Positions 26,167 to 39,999 of a DNA stretch of 64,000 bases are shown piece after piece. Both the position numbers and the translations under genes were made by a program. Each line of letters opens with the position of its first letter. Positions within the stretch are counted from its first letter, which is position 1. Source of the DNA: Eledone cirrhosa (taxonomy: Eukaryota). Where the stretch lies: positions 86,738,001-86,802,000 of the forward strand of contig OZ024744.1 in the NCBI GenBank assembly GCA_964016885.1, read 5' to 3'. Below the pieces are notes generated by a model. The model made no database searches. It saw only the letters and a list, made by a program, of their open reading frames with translations, and was not told where the DNA came from.

Positions 26167-28801
26167 ATGCCTCTCACCACCACCACAATCTTAACAGACA
26201 CACAGACACTGAAAACAGATAATGACAGTAACACAGATGTAAGGGACGGTAATGGGATTGAAAGAAGAAGGGAGCCTATTGTCACTGACAGAGAAAATAA
26301 CCAGGACGAACACACAGACACACAAAATAGAGTAGATAATAACAATGAGTCAGAGGAAAGAGACAGGAGTAATAATGAGAGACATAGAAACAACCATGAG
26401 GCTGTTGGTGGAAATAGAAATAGAAACAACAACACAACTAACAATAGCAATAGAACACACAACGCAGCAGCCTGGAATTCTACTTTTTATAACCCTTCCG
26501 ATATATCCTTCGAGTTACGACGAGTCCACGCCACGACTTTAGCTTTTAACAAACTCACGCAAATGCTGTCGCAGGTCGATGAACAGACAGAAGCACAAGT
26601 TAATATAGCTAGATTAAAACTTAGAAATATTATATAACAGTATAGCAAGAATCAAAATAGAATGGAGGCCCAGCAACTGAGAGAAAAATCTGCAAATTGC
26701 TTGCGTAAGCTCATGCAGCGCTCACGTAATGGAGAGATTGCATGATTTCCAACAGACAAGTCTGGCAGAAAGTCGGTTGACAGTCTGTCAAACTGCATCC
26801 ATGCAATGCAACACCACATCACTAACACAAGATAAGTAACACCACAACAGCATGAGGATAGGGAGAAAACCGCCAACGCTCATATGATAATGTGGAAAAA
26901 GATAATGCAGCCAAATAAACGGACTGCCAATAACGGCCAGGCCTGGAACAATGACGTGCCAGCGTTGTATGGACTTCGAAAAGACCATAAAACGAACAGT
27001 GACTCAATCACAGGATCACCAACACGGCCAGTCTGTGGAGCTAACATTGCTAGTTACTACAGACTTTCCCACTTCCTCTCCCTGATCGTACACCCCATCA
27101 TTGAAATGTCACCGGATATATGTGACAGCACGGAGGACCTCCTCAGCAGAATCAGCGAAAATAACCGATCTAGGAACCTAACAGATTGTATAATATGTAG
27201 TATGGATGTAGTGTCCCTATACCCATCCATTGACGTGGATTTTGCTGTGGCGAAATGCGTAGAAATGATCAGTGAGAGCAATGTTAAATTTCATGGGATT
27301 GATACCAGTGAGCTGGGACTCATACTTAAGCTTACTTATAGTAATGATTATCTAGAATCGTATGACCTTAGCAACCTCTGCCCCACAAGGCCAGCAAGAG
27401 GCAGACCACCTACCATTACCTCAATGGCCAAGAAAACCCACACAGAAAGATGGAACGGATGGACCAGAGCCATACGGACCCCCGAAAACCATGATGAACT
27501 AAAGAAAATGATTGCACATGCGGAGGGGGCCAGTATAAAACTAACCCTTAAGGAACATATGTTTAAATTTAATGGAAAAACATATGACCAAGAAGAGGGA
27601 GCAGCCATTGGTGTTAGCATTGCAGGTGACATAGCTGACCTATTCATGGTATGGTGGGACAATAAACTGGAAGACCAATTAGAAGACAGCAACCTCTTAA
27701 CCCCGATAATGTACTCTCGCTACGTTGATGATATAAACATCGTAGTAAAAACACCCCCACTAGAGAACAGTCAGGAATTAGAGAAAAACACCATGGAAAG
27801 CATCCAGCAAATAACTAACTCCATCCACCAGAGTATTAGAGTTACTATAGACTACCCAAGCATCGATTACCTGTACTAGACACAGAGCTCTGGTTAGAAA
27901 CCATTAATAACAAAAAACAAATCCTCCATACCCATTATGCCAAACCCAGACTTCCAAATATCTGATCAACCAAAACTCAGCTGTTTCGGATCACACCAAA
28001 ATCAACATACTGATTGCGGATTTAGTACGGGTGATCAGAAACGTGTCCCGCATGTGCAACCTCAAAGAACTAGAGAGACACATACAACATTTCATCCACC
28101 GTATGCAGTTCTCTGGTTACAATCAGAGAGATAAAATCAGAGTATATAGAGGAGCCAGAACCAAATGGGAAAAAATAATAAATAATGATACAAATAGGAC
28201 ATGCCACTTGTATAAGAACAAATTTTGGAATAGAATAGAAAGAACTAGGAATAAGGTTAATAGAATAAACTCATGGTATGATAGCAATAAATACCAGAGT
28301 GTAATGTTCATCAATACAACACCTAGAGGTGAACTAGCTTACACATTTAGAAGGACCATAGATAAATTTAAACTAAATATTTAGATAGTAGAAAGACCAG
28401 GTACCTCCATAAAAACACTTATTAGTAATACATACCCTTTTCAAAGACCTCCCTGTATAGATAAGAAATGCATAATCTGTAAACTAAGCCCCCATATTAA
28501 CTGCAAAACTAGAAACATTATATATAGCATAAGATGTACTGAAGGACAATGTAAAGATGAGAATATAGGTGAAACAGCTCGTAGTATAGGAGAACGATTA
28601 AATGAACACTGGCGAGTCCTTCAAGATAGAAAAGACTCATCAGTACTCCACCAACATGCTAAACTAGACCAAAAGGGCAAATTAGAGAACATAGAAATAA
28701 AAATTAAATCTACACACAGAAAAGACACAATGTTTAGACAAATCACAGAGGCAATAAACATAAATGAACTCCAACCAAATTTAAATAGAAAACATGAATA
28801 G
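26167..28801 (+). pseudogene. Penelope polyprotein remnant (Asn-rich N-region, RT, GIY-YIG endonuclease)
   Basis: PTDKSGR, YGLRKDHK, RPVCG, SMDVVSLYPSI, QEEGAAIG, YSRYVDDI, CIICK..NCKTRNIIYSIRC..IGETARSIGERLNEH; several stops and frameshifts. Confidence 0.9.
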
Positions 28802-29023
28802 AATAGCAACATCACAACTTACAAATAAAGACAAAATGAAAACACACACACATAGAACAAACAACCAACTAGTAACATGTAAATAAACAAATAAATAAAC
28901 AAATAAAAGACACACAGACACCCGGATGTAACACATGCGCAAACTAAGCACACAACACACACAAAAACAAGATGGCGTAGGACAGAACAAAGGAGAGGCA
29001 CAAAACAAAGAAAAGAATCCCCA

Positions 29024-29066
29024 GTCTCTGAAGAGGTCACATAATGTGTGACGAAAGAACTTTGAC
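29024..29066 (+). ncRNA. Minimal type I HHR in 3' pLTR
   Basis: GTCT-CTGAAGA-G-GTCACAT(aat)GTGTGAC-GAAA-GAAC-TT-TGAC. Confidence 0.75.
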
Positions 29067-29280
29067 AATATATGAATAACCGTCCGGTTGTGGAACCAAC
29101 CAACCGGAAATTTATAAATTTTTAAATTTATAATTTAATGTATAATAAATTGGAGTGAAAGCAGCTGGTGCGTGTGTTTCTTATTGGCAACATGACCCTC
29201 CCAAAGTATAACAATATCGGTTTCAACACACGTTTTCAGATAGAGAATCTTGCTAAACATATTCAGAAACGAAATATAAT

Positions 29281-29710
<430 letters not shown>

Positions 29711-29951
29711 TATGAGCATATAACGTTGTATGTTTTTGATTTTCTTTTACATGTGTATATCTCTACACACATAAGTCATACATATATACACATAGAGAGA
29801 CACACACAAACATATGTGAATATATATATATATATATGTGTGTGTGTGTATGTGTATATGTGTATACATATACATATGTATATGTATATGTGTGTGTGTG
29901 TATGTATATATATATATGTATATATATATATACACACACATACACACACAT

Positions 29952-29995
<44 letters not shown>

Positions 29996-29996
29996 G

Positions 29997-30134
29997 AAAA
30001 AGTATGACCTCCGACTGCAGAGCTCAAGCCGTTTCGTCTGGGTCATACTTTTTCCTATTACCCACTCTACTACCCTAAGTATTGAGTACTCTGGTGCGTT
30101 ATGGCCCATCTGATTCCTTACCACAACTCCTCCG

Positions 30135-30136
<2 letters not shown>
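29997..30136 (-). mobile_element. Short (TA)n-embedded element with terminal palindrome, copy 2
   Basis: Reverse complement of the 23851/60417 family, with internal deletion in the palindrome. Confidence 0.75.
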
Positions 30137-30184
<48 letters not shown>

Positions 30185-30274
30185 GTTTGTGAGTGTCTCT
30201 ATTTGTATATATGTACGTATGGCATGTGTGTAGAAATATACACACGTAAAACAAAATCAATATATATATATATA

Positions 30275-30399
<125 letters not shown>

Positions 30400-30443
30400 A
30401 TATCTATATTCAGATATATATATACAGATATATATATATAAAC

Positions 30444-30474
<31 letters not shown>

Positions 30475-31029
30475 TATATATATACATATATGTGTGTGAG
30501 CAGATTTATAATACTATATACATTTCATACGAGAAACACACAAACACCTGTATATTTTCACATGTCGCACTCAAACTTCTCTAACACGGTCCTTTTAGAT
30601 ACTTTGTTCTTTCTTTACCTTCTCAACTTCCTTCTCCTTCTTCTCCACCTCCTCTAACTTCTTTAGTTTCTACTTATTTTCTAGGGTCTTGTACGATAAC
30701 TAATTTTCTAATTATCCAAGAACAAAGTAACAGATTCCCGCGCTTTGTTCTGTTGTAATGGCTTCCTCGTCAGTATGTTTTCAACCAGCTTTGTAGTCAT
30801 ATTTTGTCGCTTGAAATGCGGGACAACGTGTACATATACAATTTACCTTTGCTTTGCACAATTTCAACAGCCAGCACTTTTACACATATATATTAATCTT
30901 GGACTTAATTTTGTTTTTGTTATATATTTTTCTAAACAAAATCCTTGTTTTTAGTTATTGGTTTTTTTTTATCAGTCATGTTTGTTGTTTTTTTTTTGCT
31001 TTACTTTGTTTTTGTTTACCATATTTTCC

Positions 31030-31293
31030 TTGTTTTTGTTACTGTTGTTGTTGTTGTTGTGGTGTTGGTGGCGATGGTGTTGGTGGCGGCAGTGGTGAAG
31101 TTGATTTGTTATTATTGTTGCACTTTATATTGTCAAAGCTTTTGATGTTGTTTCTTTTATTGTTGCTTTTGTTGTTGTTGTTGTTGGTGTTTTTATTATC
31201 ATTGTTGTTGATGTTGTTATTGTTGTTGTCGTTATTATTATTATTATTATTATTAATATTATTATTATTGTTATTATTATTATTATTATTATT

Positions 31294-31329
<36 letters not shown>

Positions 31330-31578
31330 AATTCTATCATCGTTATCCCTATTTTCTTAATCCTGCTCATCGCAATGAGTAGCGTTCCCGTCATCACTTT
31401 CATCAGCTTTATCATCATCATTATCATCATTATCACCATTAGCCCCCCCCCCCCCCCCCAAAAAAAATCTATCTCCACCACCAACACCACCACCAACATC
31501 ACCACCAACACCAACACCTCCACCACCACCACCACCACCACCACCACCACCACCACCACCACCACCACCATTACTGCA

Positions 31579-31609
<31 letters not shown>

Positions 31610-31616
31610 CCATCAC

Positions 31617-31664
<48 letters not shown>

Positions 31665-31865
31665 TATCATCATCACTACCACAACATTATCTGTCTCCAT
31701 TGCTACAATTAATATCATAATCACCACCACCCTCCTCAACAACATCATCATCACTAACATCAGAACAATTATTACCTCTGCCACTATCGCTATCATAAGC
31801 ACCGTCCTCCTCCACCTCCTTAACATCATCATCATCATCATCATCACAAACAGGATCTTCATCGT
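31030..31865. repeat. Compound trinucleotide microsatellites (TTG, TTA, ACC, ATC)
   Basis: Direct observation. Confidence 0.9.
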
Positions 31866-32639
31866 TACTTATATTCATTATCCCATCATATCAACTTTCC
31901 TCATGTAAATCTTCAGTTCTCAGTTTCTTTACTTTAACAGAAAATATATAATCTAACATATTCAATCATTAAAATGAATATCGTTTCTTTTCTTTTTCTC
32001 CCGAATAAACTCCGTGGTATACGCGTAATTTATATCCCTACATATATTTTTCAACTTTGAGAGCTTGTAGTGTACGTGTTTTCGAAATAGTTTCCTTGTG
32101 TTTCGGATATAGGTAGATTACTTTGCATATATGACTGGATGATAACCAATATCATTTCTAGCAATTCTAAATCACCTAATTTAAGGAGCTGTGTTTTTTT
32201 TGTTTTTTTTTTTACTTTTACTTAATTCCGCCAATCCAACAAGAAAAGTTTTTAATTTAATAGTATTATTAGTTAGTAAGTTAAAGTAATTTAGTGTTCT
32301 AGTCAATACAAAAACGAAAAAAGAATACAAAAAGAAAAAATAGAAGAAAAAAAAACAGTGCATGCTGTCGCAGTTAACTGTTGATTAAATCTATTCCAGT
32401 ACTGGGCCTATTTTTTATATTATCGACCCCGGAAATATGGAAAGCAATTTTGATTTCGATGGAATTTGACCACAGAATTAATGCAAGGCATTTCATAAGC
32501 AGTTACAACGGTTGTTTCCGTCAATTCTAATTCCACCACCGATGACGACGACGATCACCACGACCTCAGGAATATCCCCACCTTCATCATCGTTATCCAT
32601 AGCAATAATAACAGAAACAACAACTAGAAGAATATTGAT

Positions 32640-33085
32640 AATGGTTTCTAATTTGGGGAAGGGGAAAATCGATTAAATCGACTCCAGTGCATAACTGGTG
32701 CTTTATTTTACGTACCCCGTTTGGATGAAATGTAAAGATAACCTCGGCGTGATTTGAGCTCACAGCATTAAGGGCCGTAACCCTATGCCACGAAGAAGAA
32801 TGTCCGATGCTCTAACCATATTACCAACCCACTGACCTTAACGAGAATATTAATAATGATTTCTACTACAGACTGAAGGCCAATAATTTTTTTTTGGGGG
32901 GGGGGGGGAGAAAGTCGATTGAGCTGACCCCAGTACGTGACTGGTACTTTATTTTATCGACCCCCGTAAGGATGAAAGGCAAAGTTAATCTCGGCGGGAT
33001 TTGAACTCAGACCACAAAGAGCCGTAACTCTATGCGTCAAAGCATGGCGTCCGACCCTCTACCGATACTGCCAATCCACCGCCCT
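32640..33085 (-). mobile_element. Two tRNA-derived SINE copies
   Basis: Full head GGCGGTGGATTGGCAGTATCGGTAGAG (A box), B box and core domain on the minus strand. Confidence 0.85.
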
Positions 33086-33255
33086 AATAATGATAATAAT
33101 TATAATATTAATATTAAATAGCTCCTTATTTACAGGATATCCAGCAATTTGGAGGAAGAGAAAATCAATTACGTTCACTCCCACACATGGCTTGTATTTT
33201 AAGCATGTTTTCCGACGCCCTATTGATACTGCCGATCTACTTGCCCTTAAAACAT

Positions 33256-33812
33256 ACCGTATTTCCCGGCGCCGAAGTCGTTTCGTCCTCGAAAATGCAC
33301 TCTAATTTTTACAAAAAATTGAAAAAAAAAAAAAATAATAATAATAATGGCACAAGGCCAGCAGGTTTTTTGGGGAGGGGAAAGTCCATTAAATCGGCGC
33401 CAGTGCGTGACTGGTACAATGTTGACCTCGGCGGGATTTGAACTCAGAGCGTAAAGGGCCGTAATTCTATGCTGCAAACCATGACGTCCGACCTTCTACC
33501 GATACTGCCAATCCACCGCCCTCTATAATAAATGTTTCTACTTTTGGCACAAGGCCAGCAATTATCCCAGTACATTACTGGTACTTTATTTTATCGACCT
33601 CGTAAGGATGAAAGGCAAAGTTGACCTCGGCGGGATTTGAAATCATATTATAAAGGGGTGTAACTCTACGCTGCAAAGCATGGGGTCCGACGCTCTACCG
33701 ATACTGCCAATCCACAATGATAATAAACAACCTTCGGCCTCCAGGACGCATGGTAGATATTTTAGACTTATTTTAGGAAAAATGCAGCGTCTTCGACACT
33801 GGGAAATACGAT
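33256..33812 (+). mobile_element. Tc1/mariner-type MITE interrupted by two SINE copies (33345-33716, -)
   Basis: TIR TACCGTATTTCCCGGCGCCGAAG at 33256 and degenerate CTTCGACACTGGGAAATACG at ~33790-33810; uninterrupted copy at ~62060-62217. Confidence 0.7.
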
Positions 33813-33829
33813 GGTTTAGTTATAAATAA

Positions 33830-34215
33830 ATGTTTCTACTTTAGGCACAAGGCCAGCAATTACCCAGTGCATTACTGGTACTTTATTTTATCGACCCCGT
33901 AAGGATGAAAGGCAAAGTCAACCTCGGCGGGATTTGAACTCAGATCGTAAAGGGACGTAACTATGCTGGAAAGCATGGCGTCCGACCCTCTACCGATACT
34001 GCCAATCCACCGGTTTAGTTATAAATAAAGGATGCTGATTTGTGCACTAGGGCAACAATTTGTCAGAGTGGAAAAAGTCAATTAAATCGACACCAGTGCA
34101 TTACTGGTGATTTATTTTATCGATGGAAGACAACGCTAACTCGGTTGGATTTGAACTCAGAATATAAAGAGACGGAAAAAATATTGCAAAGTATTCAACG
34201 CTCTAATGATGCTGC
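33830..34215 (-). mobile_element. tRNA-derived SINE copies (one young, one diverged)
   Basis: Core domain and B box. Confidence 0.8.
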
Positions 34216-34899
34216 CATTTCCAAATGAAGAAAATGAGGAAGGTGACGAGGGTGAGAGGTGGGAGGCACGGGAAGAAAGTGAGAGGTGGGAGGAAGTGGA
34301 GGAGGAGGACAACAACGATCAATATTTTCACCACTATCATCGTCAATACTACCACCAAACTGTAAGTTAATCTGAAACAGCTTTGCTTCTACTACCGCCA
34401 TTACCACGGTTTCGACCACAACAATAACTTACTGACATTTCAAGGGCAAGCTTAAAAGGGGAGACAAACAAACACAATCTAAAGAAAGTAGAAAAAAAAG
34501 AAGGTAAATCGACAAAAAATATAAGTAAAAGCAAAAATATGACCCCTATCTATGATGTCCAGTGTAAGTTGTTCTTTCATTTACTACGACTTTCATATGT
34601 TTTTTATTCTTTTCCATTCTCAACGTAAAGAGAAGTAGAAAATCAATGAAAGAAATGACAGAATAACGTTATAAAGGACTAAAAGACAGAATATGAAAGA
34701 CGACGGTAAAGAAAATGGACAAAAGATAAGACGACAAAGAAAACGTTAATAAGGATAAAAAAATCATGATAAAATAGTAAAATAATATAAAATTAATCTC
34801 AGACAAATCTAACCAAACTAATATAAGATAAAACAATGTCAACTAAAACCAACAAGAAATGTAAGAAGAACATTAATAATAACATAAACATAATAATAA

Positions 34900-35073
34900 T
34901 TATTTCTACTTTTAGCACAAGGCCAGCAATTATCCCAGTACATTTCTGATACTTTATTTTATCGACCCTGTAAGGATGAAAAGCAAAGTTAACCTTGGCG
35001 GGATTTGAACTCAGATCGTAAAGGAACGTAATTATGCTGGAAGGCATGTCCGACGCTCTATCGATATTGCCAA
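34900..35073 (-). mobile_element. tRNA-derived SINE
   Basis: Core domain and B box. Confidence 0.8.
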
Positions 35074-35344
35074 TTATAATAGTAATAATTCTTTCTTAAT
35101 TGACCACAAGGGCCGAAATATGTAGGACAAAACATAATAGTGGGGATTTACAAAATATTGAAGCATGGGGTCCGACGCTCTACCGATACTGCCAATCCAC
35201 AATGATAATAAACAACCTTCGGCCTCCAGGACGCATGGTAGATATTTTAGACTTATTTTAGGAAAAAAGCAGCGTCTTCGATACTGGGAAATACGATAGG
35301 AAATATTGAAAATATATCATCAAATAAGAGATGACAAAAAGTAA

Positions 35345-37030
35345 TAAGTTAGTAAAATCAGATGGACCTTCTCGCCAGTGGCATCTGTCCATTCCACAGT
35401 AGGTTGAAGAACAGGCGCTCCAATTTTGATGAGAGGCAAACGGGGAAAGGCATGACGGTTAAGCAGTAATAGATGACGGATTTAATGTATAGGTTCGCAA
35501 CGTCTACCCTGACCATTCACGGATAGCTGCCTCTCGGACCATTTCTGTGTGTGAGTGGTCACCATTTTCGTTACCTCGTCCCAGTTCTTATCCAACTGGC
35601 CTAAACCATTTTGTGGTGTTGTTTCAGATATTTTTGTGTTTAAGTGGGGGGTGTTTTGTGTTTCCTGGATTGGGTATTAGTGTCTGACGTTTTGTGTATC
35701 TCTTCTTTAGTTTTGGGGATTTCTTCTTATATTTCAATGGGAGATGGTGTGGTACATGTGGTACATATCATATTGTGGGGTGCAAGTATGTTTGTGGTTT
35801 TGCGTGTGTTTTTAGAGTCAGTGGGGAGAGGTAGAGCTTTCTCGACGGATTCCATGGTTCGATTTGTTCGAGTCGGTGGGTGTTGTTGTTTGTGTTCGTG
35901 GTTCAGTTGCTGCTGTTTATGATGCTGTAGTCTTTGTTTGTGCTGTCATTGCTGCTGCTGATTTTGGTGTTTTTGGTGTCGTATTGCTGTTGTTTGTTAT
36001 TGCCGTTGTTGTTGTGCCCGTTGAGGCCCTGGTGTTGACAGCAATGACACATGTGGTTCCCTCCCTCATGATGAGGGAACAAACCTCTCAAGTGGCACTT
36101 TCTTAACACGCAGATGGCAGCGAGGCATCTTTCCTTCAACACTGCTATGGAGTTCCATATCACCCAGCAGACGAATAACGTTTGTGATTATTTCGATATT
36201 TTCTGGTTTTATGTGAAGGAGTACCGCCTCACTGATCCCAGGCCTGTTTTACTTATTTCGCCCTTTCATCTCCGGGAGAGTGTCACTTTTCCCGAGGACC
36301 ATGCAGGCTAGTGTCCACCAGCTCTGGATATCCTGCGACCACAGAGATTTTCACAGCCAGGGCTTTACTCTTGAAGAGCACTGAAAGGGTTCCAATTTGC
36401 CTGGCTCTAGGAAAATTTTGAGATGTCGACCAATAAGGTTTTCAGTGCTCGTTTAACTTGGTGAGGTGGTATTGGCTCTGGCCACCTGATTGTAATGAAA
36501 TGCATTTGTACATTACCGTTTTTCTTGGCAGTTGCTGTCGACAGCTTGGGTGTGATGACTATGCCGGCCCAAGGTTTGTCTAATTTGACAAGTTTGGCCG
36601 CTCATACCAAACAGGTCTTTCTTCAAAATGTGAAAATTGAAACATTTGCGCGGCTTTAGCGACATTTTCCTGCAAAAGTTTTGTTCGTGTTCTTGTTGCT
36701 CATCCTGCTGTTATTGTTGATGTTGTTGTTTTTGTGGTTGTTATTGTCGTTCATGTTGTTGTTGTGGCTATTAGTCTTTCGTTGTTGCCTGTATTACTGT
36801 TATTTTTGTTGTATACTTCTGTTATATTTTTTGTGGCAGTGTTGGAGTTTGTGTTGGTGATGATGTTGGTAATGGCGGAGAGAGTTTTCTTGCTAGTATT
36901 GTTGTTTCTTTTTGAAGTTATTATTTTCTTTTGTTGTTCCTGAGATGGTGATGGCGGCGTTGAAATTCTTAGCAGCGTTTCATAATTTTCTCCAAATGTG
37001 TTGTTGTTGTTGTGATTGTCATTGTTGGTA
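35345..37030 (-). mobile_element. Internally deleted Tx1/L1-type LINE relic (ORF1 remnant joined to an ORF2 post-RT fragment)
   Basis: Minus strand GTLSVLFKSKALA, VEGKMPRCHL (decayed knuckle), then VIYYCLTVMPFPVCLSSKLERLFFNLLWNGQMPLARRSI at ~35355-35480. Confidence 0.6.
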
Positions 37031-37576
37031 GTTTTGTTGTATATATATATATATGTGTGTATATATAGGCATTTACTATTTGCTGTGAACCATTTAAGTT
37101 TCTTTAAGCTGAATAAAGATTTAGGTTTTCGACATATATCGAACGATAAAATAAATCCTAGCTAAAACACTTGGATCGATATAATCGATTACAACTTTTT
37201 AAGGTCATTGTCCAACATGCAAAAGAGTAAACGAATATATGTATGTTTAAGTATGGTTATTGGTGAGAGAGTATGCTTATATGCATACAAATGTTTGCGT
37301 CATTGTTAGTGTGTGTTTGTGTGTATGTGTATACGTATTTCTCAATTTCAAATTGTATAGAATTTTTTTATTTAATCTCTTAGGCTTGTTTCAGTGTAGC
37401 ACTAAATTAGCCCTGATGGAGCAGAACTATGATCAACAGTATTCTAACCCTGTCGAAACGAGCGGAGCTCACCCTTCGGGCCGCTGTATCTTTTCATATT
37501 ACCCACTCTAATATCACAAGTATCGAGTACTCTGATGTGGTTTAGGGTCTAGCAGGTTTTTACCACACCCTATCTG

Positions 37577-37624
<48 letters not shown>

Positions 37625-37635
37625 GTATGTATGGA

Positions 37636-38225
37636 AAGCTCTATGTGTGAAAGTATAGAAGCTCTTGTGCTTAAGCAAAGACTCCGATGGAGTAGTCACC
37701 TTGCCAGGATGAAGGATTCTAGAATACCAAAACAACTCTTTTATGGAGAGTTAGTTAAAAGAAAACGACCTCCAGATAAACCAAAAAAGAGGTATAAGGA
37801 TTCGTTGAAAACCTCTTTGAAAGACGCTAACATCTCTGCTGATACATGGGAAAGTTTAGCTGCTGATCGTAATAAATGGAGAATGACTGTACATGAGGGG
37901 AAAGTTGCTTTTGAAGCATCTAGAATCGCATACGAGAAAGTAAAAAGGGATGTGAGGAAAGGCATTGCTGTTACATTTCCAGACAGCAAAGGTCCCCCTA
38001 TGGTGCTGACATGCAGCGTCTGTGCAAGAATCTGCTGCAGCAAAGCTGGACTCGAAAGTCATCTTCGCAGTCATAAAGTGAGACCAGTGGTTGACTACCA
38101 GGCTGCTGTTGAAGATGCTAATCATCATAACTGCCAGGCATGTGGAAGAGAGTGTAGATGAGCAGGAGGGCTCAAACAACATGGAAGAATAGATGATCTC
38201 CAACCACAACCGGCTAGTGAATGTT

Positions 38226-38228
<3 letters not shown>
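37636..38228 (+). mobile_element. RTE/BovB-like LINE 3' fragment with C-terminal C2H2 finger(s)
   Basis: QRLRWSSHLARMKDSRIPKQLFYGEL..KRYKDSLK..WESLAADRNKWR..CSVCARICCSKAGLESHLRSH. Confidence 0.85.
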
Positions 38229-38292
<64 letters not shown>

Positions 38293-38629
38293 TGTATTGT
38301 AAACAGTAATATTTGACTTTAAAGAGCCTCGTTAGTTTTTTTCGTGTTAGTAGTGCCTGGTGTGAAGTTGTAATCAAATCCGTTTTCGACACATTCTTGT
38401 ATAGCTCCTCCATACGAAATAGTCACCCTGCGTAATAATTCTTTTAAGCAGTGGTTTTAATTTCTTTTTTAACATTGTTATCTGTTTGAGAAATATCTTA
38501 CACCCCTAATGTGGAACGCTAGATTGCTGCATTTTTCTTTTATTTCAATCGATAGCATGTCTGCTTAATTGTGAAGAGCCGGTAATACTGGATGTGTCTA
38601 TACTTTTAATAGGCAGTCTATTATTGATT

Positions 38630-38830
38630 ACTAGAATAGGCACAAAGCCAGCAAATTCTGGGTGGAAGGCAAAATTAATTAAAACAAACTTAATACTTGA
38701 CCATAACTTTATTTTATTGATCCGGAAGGATGAAAGGTAAATTTGACCTCGGTTAAGTTTGAACTCAGAACGTAAAATGCCAGAATAAATACTTCAATGG
38801 GATTTTATCCGACTGTCTCACAATTCTACC
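38630..38830 (-). mobile_element. Diverged tRNA-derived SINE
   Basis: GGATGAAAGGTAAATTTGACCTCGG..TTTGAACTCAGAACG. Confidence 0.7.
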
Positions 38831-39169
38831 AAACGAGCAGACTGATGGCTAGCTAGTGTAACAAATCCACTATCTCGTGGCTCAGTTGTTGCCGAATACA
38901 TTATTTTTTCTAATTATAGCTTTAGAAAAATGAAAGAAATAATTTGTTTTTCTTTTCTTTTCTCTTTAATATAATAAAATGAATTTTTAAAATATCTAAC
39001 AAACATGATTATATGCTTATTTTTAAAAGAAAATATGTTTTATGTTTTAAAATCGGACAAATGTCTATGAACGGTCACGTATTCAGTTGAAACAGGGACC
39101 CAAACAGACACACGTACACATCTATACAGTATATATATATACATATATCTATATATATATATATACATA

Positions 39170-39277
<108 letters not shown>

Positions 39278-39555
39278 TATATATATATATACATATATAT
39301 ATATACACACACACATATATATAATCTGAGTTTTTCGAATATTAATAATAACATTCGTTTGCAATTATGCAAACAAGCCTCAATTTTATAGCCATGTCAG
39401 TAGAATGAACACTTCGTTCTTGCCTTTATGTTGGTATGTGAACAGAACTGCAGACACTAATGTTTCTGGGTATTACCCTTCATCAGTACAGCTCACTGTT
39501 CACCTGCCAAACTGTCAGAGCTAGTGTAAATATATGCTATTGTCAAAAATACACA

Positions 39556-39668
39556 GTGACTGATCGGCCTGATTTGTACATTAGCAGACTGGCTGACCAG
39601 TCAGATCTGCATATTAGCAGATCCACTGATCAGCCAGATTTGCATATCAGCAGACTGGCCAGTCAGTT
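39556..39668. repeat. 30-bp minisatellite, ~3.7 copies
   Basis: ACTGATCAGCCAGATTTGCATATCAGCAGA-like unit. Confidence 0.8.
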
Positions 39669-39999
39669 TCTTGTATACGAGCGATAAATGGCCGGCTTAG
39701 CCAAATTCAAGTAAAAAAGAAAATCTTCGCTCTACATGGCTGAATACAGAAAATGTAATCTGAGTTTTTCGAATATTAGTAATAACATTCGATTCGTTTG
39801 CAATTATGCAAACAAGCCTCACTGTCAATCTTTAGTTGCGTATTTATGTATATTCACAAATGTATCTACTATTGTAGAAAACAACAATAGCAAAAACGTA
39901 TCACATCCCCTATACCAGTCAACAGAAAGAGAGGTAAAAGATTCATCCTTGTGTAATGCTTTTTTATGGGTACTAAGCCAGTGTATATGTATTAATAAT

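Larger units (their letters stand above)
25221..29278 (+). mobile_element. Penelope-like element (RT + C-terminal GIY-YIG), decayed, with ~800-bp inverted 5' copy of its 3' end
   Basis: 25221-26028 is the reverse complement of ~28421-29217; RT and EN motifs; HHR in each terminal repeat; (TA)n on both sides. Confidence 0.92.

Noticed and set aside
26743-26745. In-frame TGA aligned to a Cys of the sister PLE (possible selenocysteine, as reported for some PLEs)
   Set aside because: The same copy has several TAA/TAG stops and frameshifts, so a single TGY>TGA change is best explained by decay; no SECIS identified
26884-27879. Intact RT gene (331-aa ORF)
   Set aside because: It is an open stretch within a frameshifted, stop-containing Penelope ORF
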